The notes: generated by a model from the sequence alone, not told the origin. A DNA stretch of 63,819 bases, filler included, from Reticulomyxa filosa (GCA_000512085.1; 22 parts of 22 records of this genome joined end to end with filler, not necessarily neighbours in it); one strand, 5' to 3'; positions 1 through 13,019 are shown, numbered from the whole stretch's first letter. Numbers and translations: made by a program.

Positions 1-1220
1 CTCAAAACAACTTGGATGCTGGGCGCTTGCACAAGCGACATTTGCGCAAAGGACATACAGATCCATGTGGACTACGCAAAGCAATAGAAGATATCAACGC
101 AAGTACGCAACAGAGCGAGGATAGCGATAGTGATAGCGATAGCAACAATGATAGTGATAATAGTAGTGACAGTGACTGTAATGACCAAAGGGCTAAAAAG
201 ACGTCAAGGCAAAAGAGAAAGCAACAGCAACAACAAAAACAAAAACAAAAACAAAAACGGAATCGACAAAAACAGCAGAATCAAAAGAAGAAACAAATTA
301 TGTACAAAAGTGGAATCAAAGAAAAGATGACGAAGAAGAAAAAGAGGAGGAACAGTCGTCCGGGCATAAATGTGATGAGTCACTATCTCGAGCAGTTGGA
401 AACGAAGACAAAGTTTGAAGAGATGATCTCTCTGAACAGTCGCGAATGGCCAGACAGTGATGTGTTGGTCGTACTGAAAATCCTATTTGATTACTTGGTC
501 ACTAAATACGGGGACGTGTTGCATGGGACATTGCCACAGCCCAACGCCATTGAAATCATGGTGTCTTCGAAATTGGAACAGCACGTGTTGGAGCTGATAT
601 GGAATGAGCAAAAGCCGATCCAACCATGGATGACGAACAAATGGACCAGTATTATTGGAAGACGTCGTCAATTCCTGACATTTCTTCCAATGGCGCCAAC
701 AAACCTTCACTCACTCCAAAACAACATAAGCAAGCAAGCAAGCCTCCTCTTTCTCCTTCCAAACAACACCAACAACAACAACAACAACAATATATAAATA
801 TAAATGCAAATGCAAATACAATCATTAAAAAATCAATTGATTATGATGGATCGCCATTTGAAAACGGATTGAATTTAAAAGAATTTGTAATTTGCTTGCA
901 ATTGATTGCCTTAGCGCAAGATCACTTACCTTGCAGCCGGCCTTTTCTATGGAATTATGTGAGGAACAACAAAAACTATGTGCACTTGCCCAATGTTTTG
1001 ATCGAATCAGAGTTCATCGATCATTACAATCGAAAAGATGAAATTCCAAGACTCGAAACGATTCGCTCCGATACCTCGTCCAATTACGGCTCTTGCTACC
1101 AGGCTCTGCTCAATTTGGTCACCAATCGCAATAAAGATAAAAGTGTTCGTGACAATGAGGATAGCCAAATCAAGCATAAATCCACTTCCTCTGTCTCTGC
1201 CTCTTCTTCTCCTTGCTGTC

Positions 1221-1255
<35 letters not shown>

Positions 1256-4127
1256 CGTTATTATCATCATCGTCGTCGTTGTTGCTCAGCCTCGAACCTA
1301 TACTCCACTTGCACGACTATGAAACTACGTACTACACATGCAAGCCAAACGCCCAAAACAGCTCCTGCTGTTGCAAATGACACGGAAACGGACACCTGCG
1401 AGCATGACAACGGTGAAGAAGAAGAAGAAGAAGAAGAAGAAGAAGAAAACACTGAACATGCCAAGAAAATGCGAGACTTTTTGGAGATTCTGAACGAAAA
1501 CATTGGCGTGGTGTCACCACTTCAAATGGAGGCCTTTGAAACCACAGACACATCCGTGGTCATGGACGCCAAAGAAACCCCCTCTCCGCAGTATCAACAA
1601 TGCAAACGAAAGCCTTGCAATGACAATGACGATGATGATAATGATAATTATGATGGCAATGATGATGATGATGATGATGATGATAGTACCCCCGATGCTT
1701 GTTCCGATACCAACAAAGGCATTGAGAAAAGAAACGGAGGCACTCCACACAAAACCAACGCCACCAACGACAAACACAAAACAAAAAACGTGAAACCAAA
1801 GACAAAAGGAGCATCCACCGACTCCCTGCTAATCACATTGGTATGTACTTGAAGTATTTTTACTCGCATCGCTGTCGAAACACTGGTTGCGTGTCCAGGC
1901 AAAAAGCAAAGTACTTTTTTATGAAAAGCGGACTAACGCATGATATTTTGTCCAATATCTGTCTTTTGTGCAAACCCACCAACACGCATTGGAATGAAAT
2001 CGAATTTTGCATTGCCATGCATCTCATCACTTTTGCAAGACAAGGTATGTTTGAAAGCGAATATTTAAACATATAAACATATAAACATATATGTAAATAT
2101 ATAAATATATATATATATTTATATATTTATATATTTATATATTTATATACACATGTTTATATATTAATGCCTATGTGATAATTGCATGGATAAAACAAAA
2201 GGGATATTTGTTGAGAAGGAAAATATATCGACGTTGTTTAAAGCGCTGACGCAGCGAATTGAAAAGTATCAGAAGACGCATGAGCGATCGACAGTGACGA
2301 AGAAAGCGCTGACGAAAAGATGTGAAAAAGGTCGAAGCAAATGCAACCGTCGTCAAGACGAAGGAGACGAGCTCGAGGATAGCAATAGCAACGACGACGA
2401 CACGGAAACGAAAAAACGAAGCAATGACACTAGTCAGAAGTGGAAAGCGAAAGATGCGTTGGTAATCGCTCGCGAAGCGGTACGTACGGCCTCGCCTGCA
2501 CACGTGCACATCACAGAGGGCGAGCAGAGCGTGGATGAAGAGCGAGCAAAAGATCAAGACAACGATGCGACGATGAAAAAGCCGTTGATGCAATTGAATG
2601 AAGCGGGCAATGACAACAGCAAGAACAGTAGTAGCAATAGCAGCAGCGGTGTAGACATTGACAAGCCAAGACAACCTATGCCAGACATTGGAAATCAAGA
2701 AGTGGACACTTTTCGATTTCCAAAACATATGACTATTGCCGAGGCTCAGCAACTGCAAGTTGGAGACGTCATTGACCACAGAGACTGCGTCGGGAGATAT
2801 CAAGTTGGCCAAGTACTGCATTGCGACAACAAAGGCAATGTGGTTATCAAATACTTGGATTGGGACGATACATGGAATGAACGATGCAATTTCAATAAGG
2901 AATTATTTCGATTTGCAAAATCAAATATTATTTCCACAAGTTGGCAAATAAATAAATATAAATACATATATAAATATATATATACATATATATATATGTA
3001 TATATGTATTATATGTATATATTTATATTTATTTATTTATGTTTATATATTTTTTATTTTTGTTTGTTTATTTGTCTTGTATAGGACCAGTGACACGTTG
3101 TGCGATGAAACATTTGACAGTGGGAGACACACTGGAAGTGAACCCGCAAATGGCCAATGACAAAGGCGGTGAGGATAACTTGGGGTGGTCAAGGGGCACG
3201 ATTCGTCGACTTGATGACAAGAGCGGACAGGTGCAAGTGCAATTTATAGATAAGAGGTCGTCGAAAATCCGCCAGCATTGGGTGCACTTGGACGATGCCA
3301 CGGAATGTGCGCCTGCAAATACGTATACGAGACCCAACATTGTCAGTTGGTGCGACATCAAGACGCCAAGGCAACGTCTAATGTTTGAGGAAGTGGAACA
3401 AAAGGCCAACTACGTTGATATCACACCCGTGACAATTAGCGATAGTACATTGTCCAAATCGAACATGGAGTGCCAATCTGCGGTTATGGATATGTCGACA
3501 ACTACAACTACAGTTACACCTACAGTGATATCTACAACTTCAGCTTCAGCTTCAGCTTCAGCTACAACTACAGTAATATCGACAGCATCATTTCCATATT
3601 GCTCATCGCAGAGCAAAGTCATTTATTCGTTATCGGAAAACAATATGACAATGTCTCAAACACCACCCTTTTCTCAAGGCCAAAAACAAGGAATTACAAA
3701 AATGGAGCCACTCCACACGACAAACACATGTGCGTCTGCAAAGGACTATCCTTTGGAGGGCACTAGCGGTGTTATTGCGAACAAACGAAGACACTCCGTT
3801 TTTTTTGAAAGTAATAATAAGCGCGTGGAACCAAAGCTTTTGAATGAACTACGCCGTTCTGTGTTGAAACATAACAGTGAAGACATTCGAAAAGACGGCA
3901 ACCAACAATGCAAGCTTTTACAAAAGGCCATTATTACTACTACCACTGCTAGTATTAGTACTAATACTACTGCTGCATGTAACGACGCTCAAATCAATGC
4001 AGCCAATGATTACATATCGAAGGCAGTCGTTAATATACAAATACCATCCGAGGCCAGTCAAAACAAAAAAAGAGCAAGCTTTGACATGCTACAACAAGCC
4101 CCTGTCTTATCTACTCTAGCGAGTTGA
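1..4127 (+). CDS. Large multi-exon protein, 5'-partial: two EH (Eps15-homology)-like domains plus tandem Tudor/Agenet-like barrels
   Basis: EH1: SSKLEQHVLELIW...GLNLKEFVICLQLIALAQ. EH2: YLKYF...GCVSRQKAKYFFMKSGLTHDILSNI...EFCIAMHLI. Barrels: LQVGDVIDHRD...VVIKYLDWDDTWNE and LTVGDTLEVNP...GWSRGTIRR...VQVQF...WVHLDD. GT-AG introns 2045-2201 and 2940-3084 join the frames in phase. Apparent frameshifts near 608 and near 1770-1790. Confidence 0.7.
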
Positions 4128-5831
4128 GACTCCTTCGTGTACCCTTTTTTTTCTTTTTTTTTTTCTCTATCAAAAAAAGGTTCAATTATATAAGTAATAA
4201 AAAAATCAAACGGATTTTTGAACCAACAAGTGGTAGTTCCCTTTTCTGATGTCTCCATTGTGACGTTGGAAACTATTGGTACTTCTGTAAAACCTTTCTA
4301 TTTATTTTTAGTAATGGTGGCTGGAATGTGCTTTTGCACATTCTTGCCTATCCTTTTTAGTATTTCTATTTTCTGTTTTTGTTTTTTTTCTCCTCTATCT
4401 CTTGCCTTCTATTCGCTTTTGTGTTTCAACACGTGTACAGATAAGTCTAAAACTAGCATTTCTATGTAATTTGAAGTTTTTGTTGGTTTTTGTGACTGTA
4501 ATGCCAGCTTAATGTATAGTCTTTTTTTTTGTTTTTGAACAACCAACTGTGCCTTTATGACAGATTTTGGAAAGTGCTATAATTGTTGTCCTTTTTTTTT
4601 ATTAATTCCGTTTGTCGGTTTTATTTGTTCGATTGCTTTGAAAAACGTTGCATGGAATGTTACGAGCAATTGAAAATAAAATTTATTTTGTGTTGTCTTT
4701 TTTGTCCTTTTGTTGCCATCATTTACGATGGTGATTCTTTTCGCTGGAGAATATCTTGTCTCCAAAAAAAAGTCATTATTCAATCAACTATTGCTTGTGG
4801 TCACGTAACTAGTTTAGGACACCTATTTTGTCTTTAAAAGCACATTTAAAATGCTCCAGTTTCAAAAACTTTGAATTTCAATTGCCGATTGTATAAAGGT
4901 GAAATACGTGAAGTCTCAAAATTCAACATTTTTTCAAATTTTAAAAATATCCACCAATCTTCATATTTCAAAATGCATTTCATTTTTCTACGATTTTTGT
5001 CAATTGCAAACATTTTTTACAATATTTTATTGTACTTAACGATTTTTTTTAACTTTTTATATTTCTTTGCAAATCGGTTTTATTTTGTGTTTACTATTTT
5101 TTTAGTTTACTTTTGTAAAATTTGATTTTTGTGTATTATTTAAAGTGCAATTTTTTTTTTGGCAATTATTAATTTAATTAGAAGAATATTTGAAATATAA
5201 CAAATATGCCAATCTTTTTTGCGCACAGCTCACGTTAGCTGTTAATGTGTAAAAAAAAAGTCATTGAATTTTATAACTGAAAGTGTAAAAAATAATAAAA
5301 ATGTTTGTAATTGACAAAAAATTGTAGGACGTCAGCTGGAAGAGGTGTACTAAATGTAATACGAAAATGGTTTTGCTCAAGAAACCAATGTTCGATAAAA
5401 CAAAAGTAAATTAAATAAAAGAAAGATGAATAACGCAACCAAAGAAGAAAACAAAGCAAAAGAGTAAGTGAAGTTGGTTGAGGAGTTTTAGCCCACTGGG
5501 GACTCCCAGGTTCCTTCAACGTTCAGATATTTATAGGACCTTGCCCTACAGCATAAATTACAATTGGCATTTTCAAATTAATATTTGTTACATTTTAACC
5601 TATTAATTTAGTTCAATTTATAAACGTTGCGGCTGAATTATACATCAACTGAGCTGAAGTTTTGTTAGTTATCAATACTGTCAAAAGGAACACATAAAAA
5701 AAAGTGATTTTTGCATATGGTAATTAATACTTAATTGCATTTCTATTACAACTAGAAGCTTGACAATTGATTGTAGCGTAGTTTAGTAAATTTTAAAACT
5801 TGTTAAAAGGGGAAACAGTTTGGCTTGTATC

Positions 5832-6094
5832 ATGACACAACCAACTACCCAAACACTTCCATACGAAAAAGCAAAAACTCATTTTTTTCATGGTCAATTT
5901 GAACAATGTCTCTCAGTAATCCGACATCAATTATCAATCCTTAAACCTTGGGACAAGCAAACCCAACAAAATTTAGTTATACTTGGTGCTCAATGTTTGT
6001 TTGAGCTTGGAAGAGGAGAAGAAATGTTGGGATTTCTCGAACACAGTTATCAAACTTCAACATTATATTTGCCGCCCATGGTATTTTTTGTTTG
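5832..6094 (+). CDS. PEX26/APEM9-like peroxin, first exon (contig ends in the intron)
   Basis: FFHGQFEQCL...LVILGAQCLFELGRGEEMLGFLEHSYQ...LPPMVF resembles the remembered PEX26 N-terminal pattern (GIQALAEMDRWQEVL...YYQ...LPPKV). GTATGT donor at 6095. Confidence 0.5.
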
Positions 6095-6137
6095 GTATGT
6101 TTTGTTTTGTATTGTTTTATTAGAAAAAGTATTAAAA

Positions 6138-6237
6138 NNNNNNNNNNNNNNNNNNNNNNNNNNNNNNNNNNNNNNNNNNNNTTAATTAATTAANNNNNNN
6201 NNNNNNNNNNNNNNNNNNNNNNNNNNNNNNNNNNNNN
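6138..6237. other. Artificial contig linker N44-TTAATTAATTAA-N44 (first of 21)
   Basis: Identical 100-bp linkers start at 6138, 7238, 9579, 12728, 16580, 19763, 26089, 30664, 31861, 33040, 34926, 36318, 38229, 39600, 41213, 42371, 44329, 47466, 48823, 54382 and 58497. The 12-mer is palindromic and gives stops in all six frames. Confidence 0.98.
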
Positions 6238-6870
6238 TTTTTTTTTTTAATAGCAATTCTTTAAATAAGTAATATTTCGAATAATGTAGAACACTCATCG
6301 TCAGTAAAAAAAAATAAGCTTGTTCTTTTCTTCAGCTAACGATTGCACTATCAATTCTTTTTTGAAGTTTTTAAATACACGTACTTACATAATCAACAAA
6401 GCCGTTTATTTTTCTGGAAAGCGTCCAAAATTGTAATATCGCTTAATTCGATACCCTCGTTTTCTCATTGCTTTTCGATTTATTGTGTGCATTCGGGACA
6501 GCAAGTAGCGATTATACTTTGTCAATGACTAGGAAAAAGTACTGTTGCATTCTCAACATGATACTGAAATTCACCCAAGCATTGAATTGAATGCAAATTT
6601 TTTCCTACAGACTTCGTTCCACATCAATTCATTTCTGATTCCAAAGAATTAAATTTGAGCTCTCTGAAATACAGATGACAACTTATTATTATCTTCGTGA
6701 CGAACATGTCCAAAGCCTAACACAAAAGAATTTCACTAAAAAAAAATCCGTGAATGGAAACGAGGTGTATCAACGCTTACAAGATGGATGCACTGTGACA
6801 GTGTTAAGTACAACATAATAATTTTGATGTTTACATTCTTTTGTTTTTGAATATCTTGTTTTTGGAGTGA

Positions 6871-7101
6871 CTCTTATTTATATTCAAAATAATTGACAAC
6901 ATAAGTATCCTGGAATATAATTTTCCATATGTGCCACCTTACATAACGATTGAACCTGATGGAAACATTAAAGATATATGGGAGAAGAACAATATATTAG
7001 TGGGGAATGTTGTAGAATATCTCTTAAATAACCCAAAATCCACTCTAAAAAAGATAGTTGAGCTATGTTATTTTTGCTGCAAATGTCCTTTTTTTCTATG
7101 A
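6871..7101 (+). pseudogene. Possible UEV/UBC-fold fragment
   Basis: Open frame without ATG, ISILEYNFPYVPPYITIEP...EYLLNNPKSTLKKIVEL, loosely matches Tsg101/Vps23 UEV (YPYNPP...YL...PQSDL). The surrounding frames are broken. Confidence 0.25.
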
Positions 7102-7558
7102 TATTGATATTGACATTTGATAGCCAGAACCTACAGCACGGAGTTCGCCAACGATATCAGTGAAAGAGTTGAATAAACTTTTATCAAATCCAAAAGTTAA
7201 ATACAACTAAGCTTTAAAGTCTGAATTTTTTGTTATTNNNNNNNNNNNNNNNNNNNNNNNNNNNNNNNNNNNNNNNNNNNNTTAATTAATTAANNNNNNN
7301 NNNNNNNNNNNNNNNNNNNNNNNNNNNNNNNNNNNNNAAGTTTCACACCTGTTCCAACGAGTTTTCACTTAGAACTTGTCAGATCGTCACGATGATCTGA
7401 TATAGTATTTTTTTTTTTAATTAACATACCAACAGAAACTCCTTTCACAAAAAGGCTGATATGCTTCGCCATTTCAAAATGAAAAATATCAAAAAACAAT
7501 TAAAGATATCACAACAAAAAAAAGGATATCAATAAAAAAAAAGTTATTAAAAAACCAA

Positions 7559-7689
7559 GATTTGTAGATATTTTTTTTAAAATAAAAAAAAAATTAGGTC
7601 TAAATGTTGATTTTTCATGGAGAAAATCAATTATCATCATAAGATATCGTTTTAGGCGTTCATTTTTCTTTGCAACCTACTGTATTATC
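7559..7689 (+). repeat. Dispersed non-coding repeat, copy 1 (copy 2 at 50274-50390)
   Basis: Collinear blocks GATTTGTAGATATTTTT...AAATTAGG...ATGTTG.TTTTTCATG.AGAAAATCAAT...CGTTTTA...CTTTGCA..CTAC.GTAT are shared between two contigs. Confidence 0.75.
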
Positions 7690-8654
7690 TGAACCTTCTG
7701 TTAGTTCGTCTTTAATTTTCTTTTAACTGGCTCTTTTCATCAACTTAAAAAAAACTTCTGCATTTTCAAATGGATCCCAGTAGAGTATTTTTCTTTGTTT
7801 AATCTGTTGTATGTAAAGCATGGCATCATTTCTTTACAAATGTTGCCTTTATGCTCCAATCAATGATAAAACTGATGTATCCTCTCCAAAAGCTTTATTT
7901 CAAGGTTCATGGAATCAAGTCATTACATAGCTCTGTTCAAAAACGTAAATTATGCTCAAGAGTTTTATTTTAACTTCTTTTGTGGTCAAGCTATGATATA
8001 CTTTTCAAAAGAAAAAACTAATACGTAATAATGATTAACGCGTATTGCATCATATAGTGTAGTGATTCCATTAACGTTTGATCAAATGAGCACTGTATTA
8101 AATTTTCTTTCACACAATACAGAAAGTAATGCAAAAATGACAATATAGCAAAATGTGTTGAGTAAATTAACTATTGTGATAATTCATATGAGACACTTGT
8201 ATGAAGATGATTTGAAACAAATTGGGTTGAAATAATAAAGAAAAATTAAGTTGAGGATTATTTAGAATTAGATTTATTGGTTAACAGCCAAGACATTTGA
8301 TACTATTGCACATTGTCTTCTTTTGCTTATAATATTTGGCGTTACAATTTGCGTGAACAACACTTATCCAAATAATTTTGACTTTGACCAACGTTGCTTT
8401 ATTTGGTGGTTTTGTGACCGCTACTATCTGATAATCACCAAAGCTTGAAAAATAAATTGAGATATGATCTATATTCAAACAATTTTAAATTAAATCTATA
8501 GCTGCAAAGTTAAAGCTAGAATGTTGTTTGTTTGTTACCTTTGTAATGTATTGTAATAATTAGTACTGTATTCAAATGTGTTCTGTGAATTCAATTTATA
8601 ACATTTTCTGGCCCCGAAAACCAAAGAAAAATCCCCTAGGAAACCAAAGACAAA

Positions 8655-8988
8655 AATGCTTCAACAAATTTTATGTTTGTTTTGCTTTATTTTTGAGTGC
8701 AATAGTTTTGTTTAAATTCGTAAGTGGTGGTAACTGATAGTGTTGAATTTTATCCATCTTAATTTAATTGATAAAAAAAATATCCCCATTAATCATCATT
8801 GGCTAGCTAAAAGCCAAAAGGGGGTAACAGCCGAGCGAAAGATGCCTGGAAACTAAGAAAAGGCCACTGAAGGCCAGGAAATCAACTAGTTGAAATGTTC
8901 AACAATTTTTATGTTTGTTTTGTTTTTTGTAGTTTTATTCAATTTTGTAAGTGGAATTGTTGAATTTTATCTATTTTAATTTGATTGA
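8655..8988 (+). repeat. Imperfect local direct repeat (about 8655-8771 and 8895-8988)
   Basis: Both copies read TTCAACAA.TTTTATGTTTGTTTTG...GTAAGTGG...TGTTGAATTTTATC.AT.TTAATTT.ATTGA. Confidence 0.75.
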
Positions 8989-9829
8989 GATTTACCTCTG
9001 AACATAAGATGTCATACTTGCTCTTAGCTGCACAGAGGTGAGACAAGGCTGATGCTTGAATATTATTTGTTTGTTACTGTGTTCAAGTTTGAATGAAGAC
9101 AATATTTTTTCTTTTATCAATTCAACAAATTACATTCTTCCAGCTAAAAAAAACATACAGAGAATGCTCCAAAATATCCATCTGGTGATCGTTATTCTTT
9201 ACAAGGTGGAGAAGACTTTAAAAAAGAAAAAGTTTGGGTTTTATAATGTAAAAGTCATTCATCCACGTGATTTATTGTATTCCATTGTGCATTCTTTTAA
9301 AATTAAGTACCTTTGGCAAGCCTAAAACATTGAATTCCAGAGATGTGCAACGTATTTAGATTGTATAAATTTGCTTTGTTATGTGACTATTGCTGAAGGA
9401 GTATTTGACTTTACTTACAATTGTTTATGAATGCTTGTTTTGGGAAAAAAACAAGAATGTCGAATTCAAATTGTAAAACAAGCACCTCATCCAATGGGTT
9501 GCTCTATCACGAAAAATAGTTCAAAAATCAAAGTACAGATTTCGAAGGAAATTGATGCTGTAAAATAGTTGCCAGATANNNNNNNNNNNNNNNNNNNNNN
9601 NNNNNNNNNNNNNNNNNNNNNNTTAATTAATTAANNNNNNNNNNNNNNNNNNNNNNNNNNNNNNNNNNNNNNNNNNNNAATTGTACTATTTTTTCAAAAA
9701 AAAAAAAAAAAAAAAAAGGGGGTCGTTAATATGGATTACACGTGCATGAATCAACCATAAAATTCTGTTTTTTTTTTCTTCTCTTCTGCCAAACAAACAA
9801 AAAATAAATAAACAAAGCAATAAGTATTT

Positions 9830-10838
9830 ACCAAAATCAGAAAAGATTTGTCCATCGGAACGAATTTGTACAGCGTCTCCAAAATCAATTAAGATTAGCT
9901 TACCATTTGGTTCAGAAAATACCATATTTTCTATCGTGTAATTTGTTGTTAATTTTTTTTATGTTTATGTTATGTAATTTTATGCTTCTCTTCATGAAAA
10001 GAAAAAAATGTAAGAAAGGAAAGGAGCATGATTCAAAAAAATTTTTTGTAAGGTTCAGTAGATGCAAAGGGAGACCCAAAAAAAAAAAAAAAAAAAAACA
10101 AACCAACCTGGCTTGAGATCTCTGTGAACAATTTCTTTTTGAGTGAATATGTGCAACGGCTGTAAGTATCACTTTCAGTACTTGGGCAGCCGACTTCTCG
10201 CTGAAATGTTTCAATTTTCTAACTTGGTCTGTTGTCGCATCCGTTACGTACATTGTCGATTAAATGTATGTGTACGGAGTTTTTTTTTTTTTTGGTAAAT
10301 CATCAGAGTAACACATCATGCAAAGAATAACTTTTTTTTTTTGTAATGACAAACTTAACCTAGGAGCTCTCCTCCAGTACAAAGTACTGTGCAAATGTAA
10401 AAATGCTCTTTGGCGACATATGCTTCGACGTAGCTTTTTTTCATTGTTTGATTTGATTTTGTTGTCGGTATGACTATGTCATGTACGCAAACATACCATA
10501 CCTCAGCACGTTTGGGTGAGTCAATGTTGTTAAAATATTAATCTCTTGGCGAAATAATATCGGATTCCACACATCATTCCGAACCAATTCCTTCATTGCA
10601 TATTTTGCTCCAGTTTTTTTTTTACAGACCCGCAACACCCGACATGACCCTCCTCTTCCTAATTCTTTTTCTAACTCAAAATAATCGTCTATTGATTCGC
10701 TGTCTCTCAACACGTGCACTTGAGGCAAATTTCCAAACTCATTATCTCTAACGGGTTTTTTTTGGCTTGCTTATCATTATTATTTTTATTATTATTATTA
10801 TTGCTATTACTGTTATCTGCTGATTGATTGCAACCCAT
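9830..10838 (-). CDS. CAMK/CDPK-like Ser/Thr protein kinase with N-terminal MGC acylation motif, 3'-partial
   Basis: ATG at 10838 gives MGCNQS. Kinase motifs: LGRGGSCRV, YAMK, HPNVLR, LCTGGELL, HRDLKP (after an A-run frameshift near 10136) and LIDFGDA, over four GT-AG exons. A second frameshift lies in the T8 run near 10756-10763. Confidence 0.9.
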
Positions 10839-13019
10839 TTGCTGCTTAAAATTGTTCCTAACAAACAAACTTCATTTTTCTCCTCAACGTTCACAACCTA
10901 CATTATTTCCAATTGTACACATATTTTTACTTTCGTATGGACAAAGATAATTTTTGCTTCCAGAAGCATAAAAAAGTTTTAAAATTTATATGAATTATTA
11001 TCTGAAAAAAAAAGTTCGTTTTGTAGAGAATATGCACGCATTGGGATTGACGGAAATTGTCTGTTAGCTTTAGAACTTTTTTAAAAGTGAGAATTGACTA
11101 ATGTACTTGCACAATGTTTCAGCATAGGAAGTTAATGCAATTTTGATGTGACTATTATTTTTGTATATTAATTACAATGAAAATTATCAATTGAAAAATT
11201 TTATTGTTATAGATTTTATAGATTGAAATGTTGTTTAATTTTTTTAAAATGTTTACTTTTTATTGAGCAAGAAAGACTGATTAATTGTGAGCACTATTTG
11301 AATAGTAATTAATTTTGTAAGAGTAATAAATGAATTATTTTATTGATAAATTAACACATAACCCTTTCATTAGATGATAACTTTAAGAGTTGATGTCATG
11401 ATCATTTAACAGCGAATTACAATCTATACTATAAAAGGAAAAGCTAAGCTTGTTCAGTGACAGAAAATTTTTCTTTTGGAAAAAAAAGTGTTGAGTGAAA
11501 AATCATATAAGGTAAGGGACCAAGGCCATATTGATATTTTGTACTACTTCAACAGTAGTACAAACATTGGATCAACTAATGTCAGAACCTTACCAGTATA
11601 TGATTGTGTGTGAACAGTACTGTTTCGGCCTGACATATGAAGTTGATTTTTTTTTTCATTGGTAAAAAAAAAAAAGTGATTGCGAGACGTTTTGCCGATA
11701 TTTTAATTGAAAAAACTTGTTTTTATTCAATAACTTTTATACTTTGCATACTACAAAGACATAATTTGATTGGAAAGTATTTTATTCTAAAAAAAATTAA
11801 ACTAATTTTGACTTGCTTTTTTTTATTGAATCATCCAAAAAATAGATAGAACAAAAAGTTGTCAAGGTTAAAAAACCTTATTCAACGTCAGAAAATTAAA
11901 TTACATTCAATCAAAAGTTAATTGATTGAGAACATAACTACTTTGTTTTTTAAAAAATTTTATTATATTTTGATGTTTATGTTGATGCGTTGCATTTGAT
12001 TAAACGTCGCTAGGACTTTGGTGCAATTTATTTTCAGGCTCTTTCATTTTGACATCTTTATCTTTGTGTTCCCGTGGAGCCTCTCGTGAAATTTCTCGCG
12101 TACCGTCTTTATTGACAATTTGTTCTAAAAAAGATATGAAATTTAACATTTTTGAAATTGATACACATTTATTTTAAGTATCATTAATTTTCATCTTGTT
12201 GAGTTAATTTTTCTTTAAAAAAAAGCAACGAAGTCATGAAAAAAAATATACCAAAATGTATTTTATGTGATTTGCTATTGAATTGTAATTTATATTTTAC
12301 AATATTTGTTTACACGTTTTATGATTGCTTTTTCAACTTTGGAGCGAATTTAGGATAATCTAAAATAACGTTTGCAAAGAAAAGAAAAATTTTGTATTAA
12401 GTTTCAAAATTTTCCAAAGCAAAATTAGTGTGCATGCGAACAGTGCAGCAAAAGCATACAACAAAAATACATAGGTCAATAAAAAAGAATACATATACAA
12501 CAATATTTGTAGAATCCCTTCTGATCCAATCTGGCAGATACATGAGTGCCGGAATTAGCCAATAGAATGCACTAATTGTATTTTTTCAACTCCTCTTCGC
12601 TTTCAGCCTCTTCGCATAGCAAATGGAGATGTGAATGTATGTGATGGATGTCATTATGTGCACAATGGAGTTGAAACTCTTCATCAGTGAAGTGAATGAT
12701 ATCATGTAGCACTCCATTGTATATCCANNNNNNNNNNNNNNNNNNNNNNNNNNNNNNNNNNNNNNNNNNNNTTAATTAATTAANNNNNNNNNNNNNNNNN
12801 NNNNNNNNNNNNNNNNNNNNNNNNNNNATAGGCATGCCCCCATCAAAAAATAAAAATGTTTGTCTCCCTCCCCTCATAGTGCAAAAGAAAAAAAATGTTG
12901 AAAATTGAATTAGAGCTTTGAGCTCAAGTCAAAGTATGTGGTTTTTCTTTTAAAAAAAATGAAAAATTTATTTTATAAACGCACAAATAGGAGTCAAGAT
13001 CAAACAACTGTGGAAAGTT

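Noticed and set aside
6182-6193. Recurring TTAATTAATTAA as a biological repeat, CRISPR repeat or recombination site
   Set aside because: It is always centred in exactly 44+44 N, which marks a synthetic six-frame-stop contig linker.
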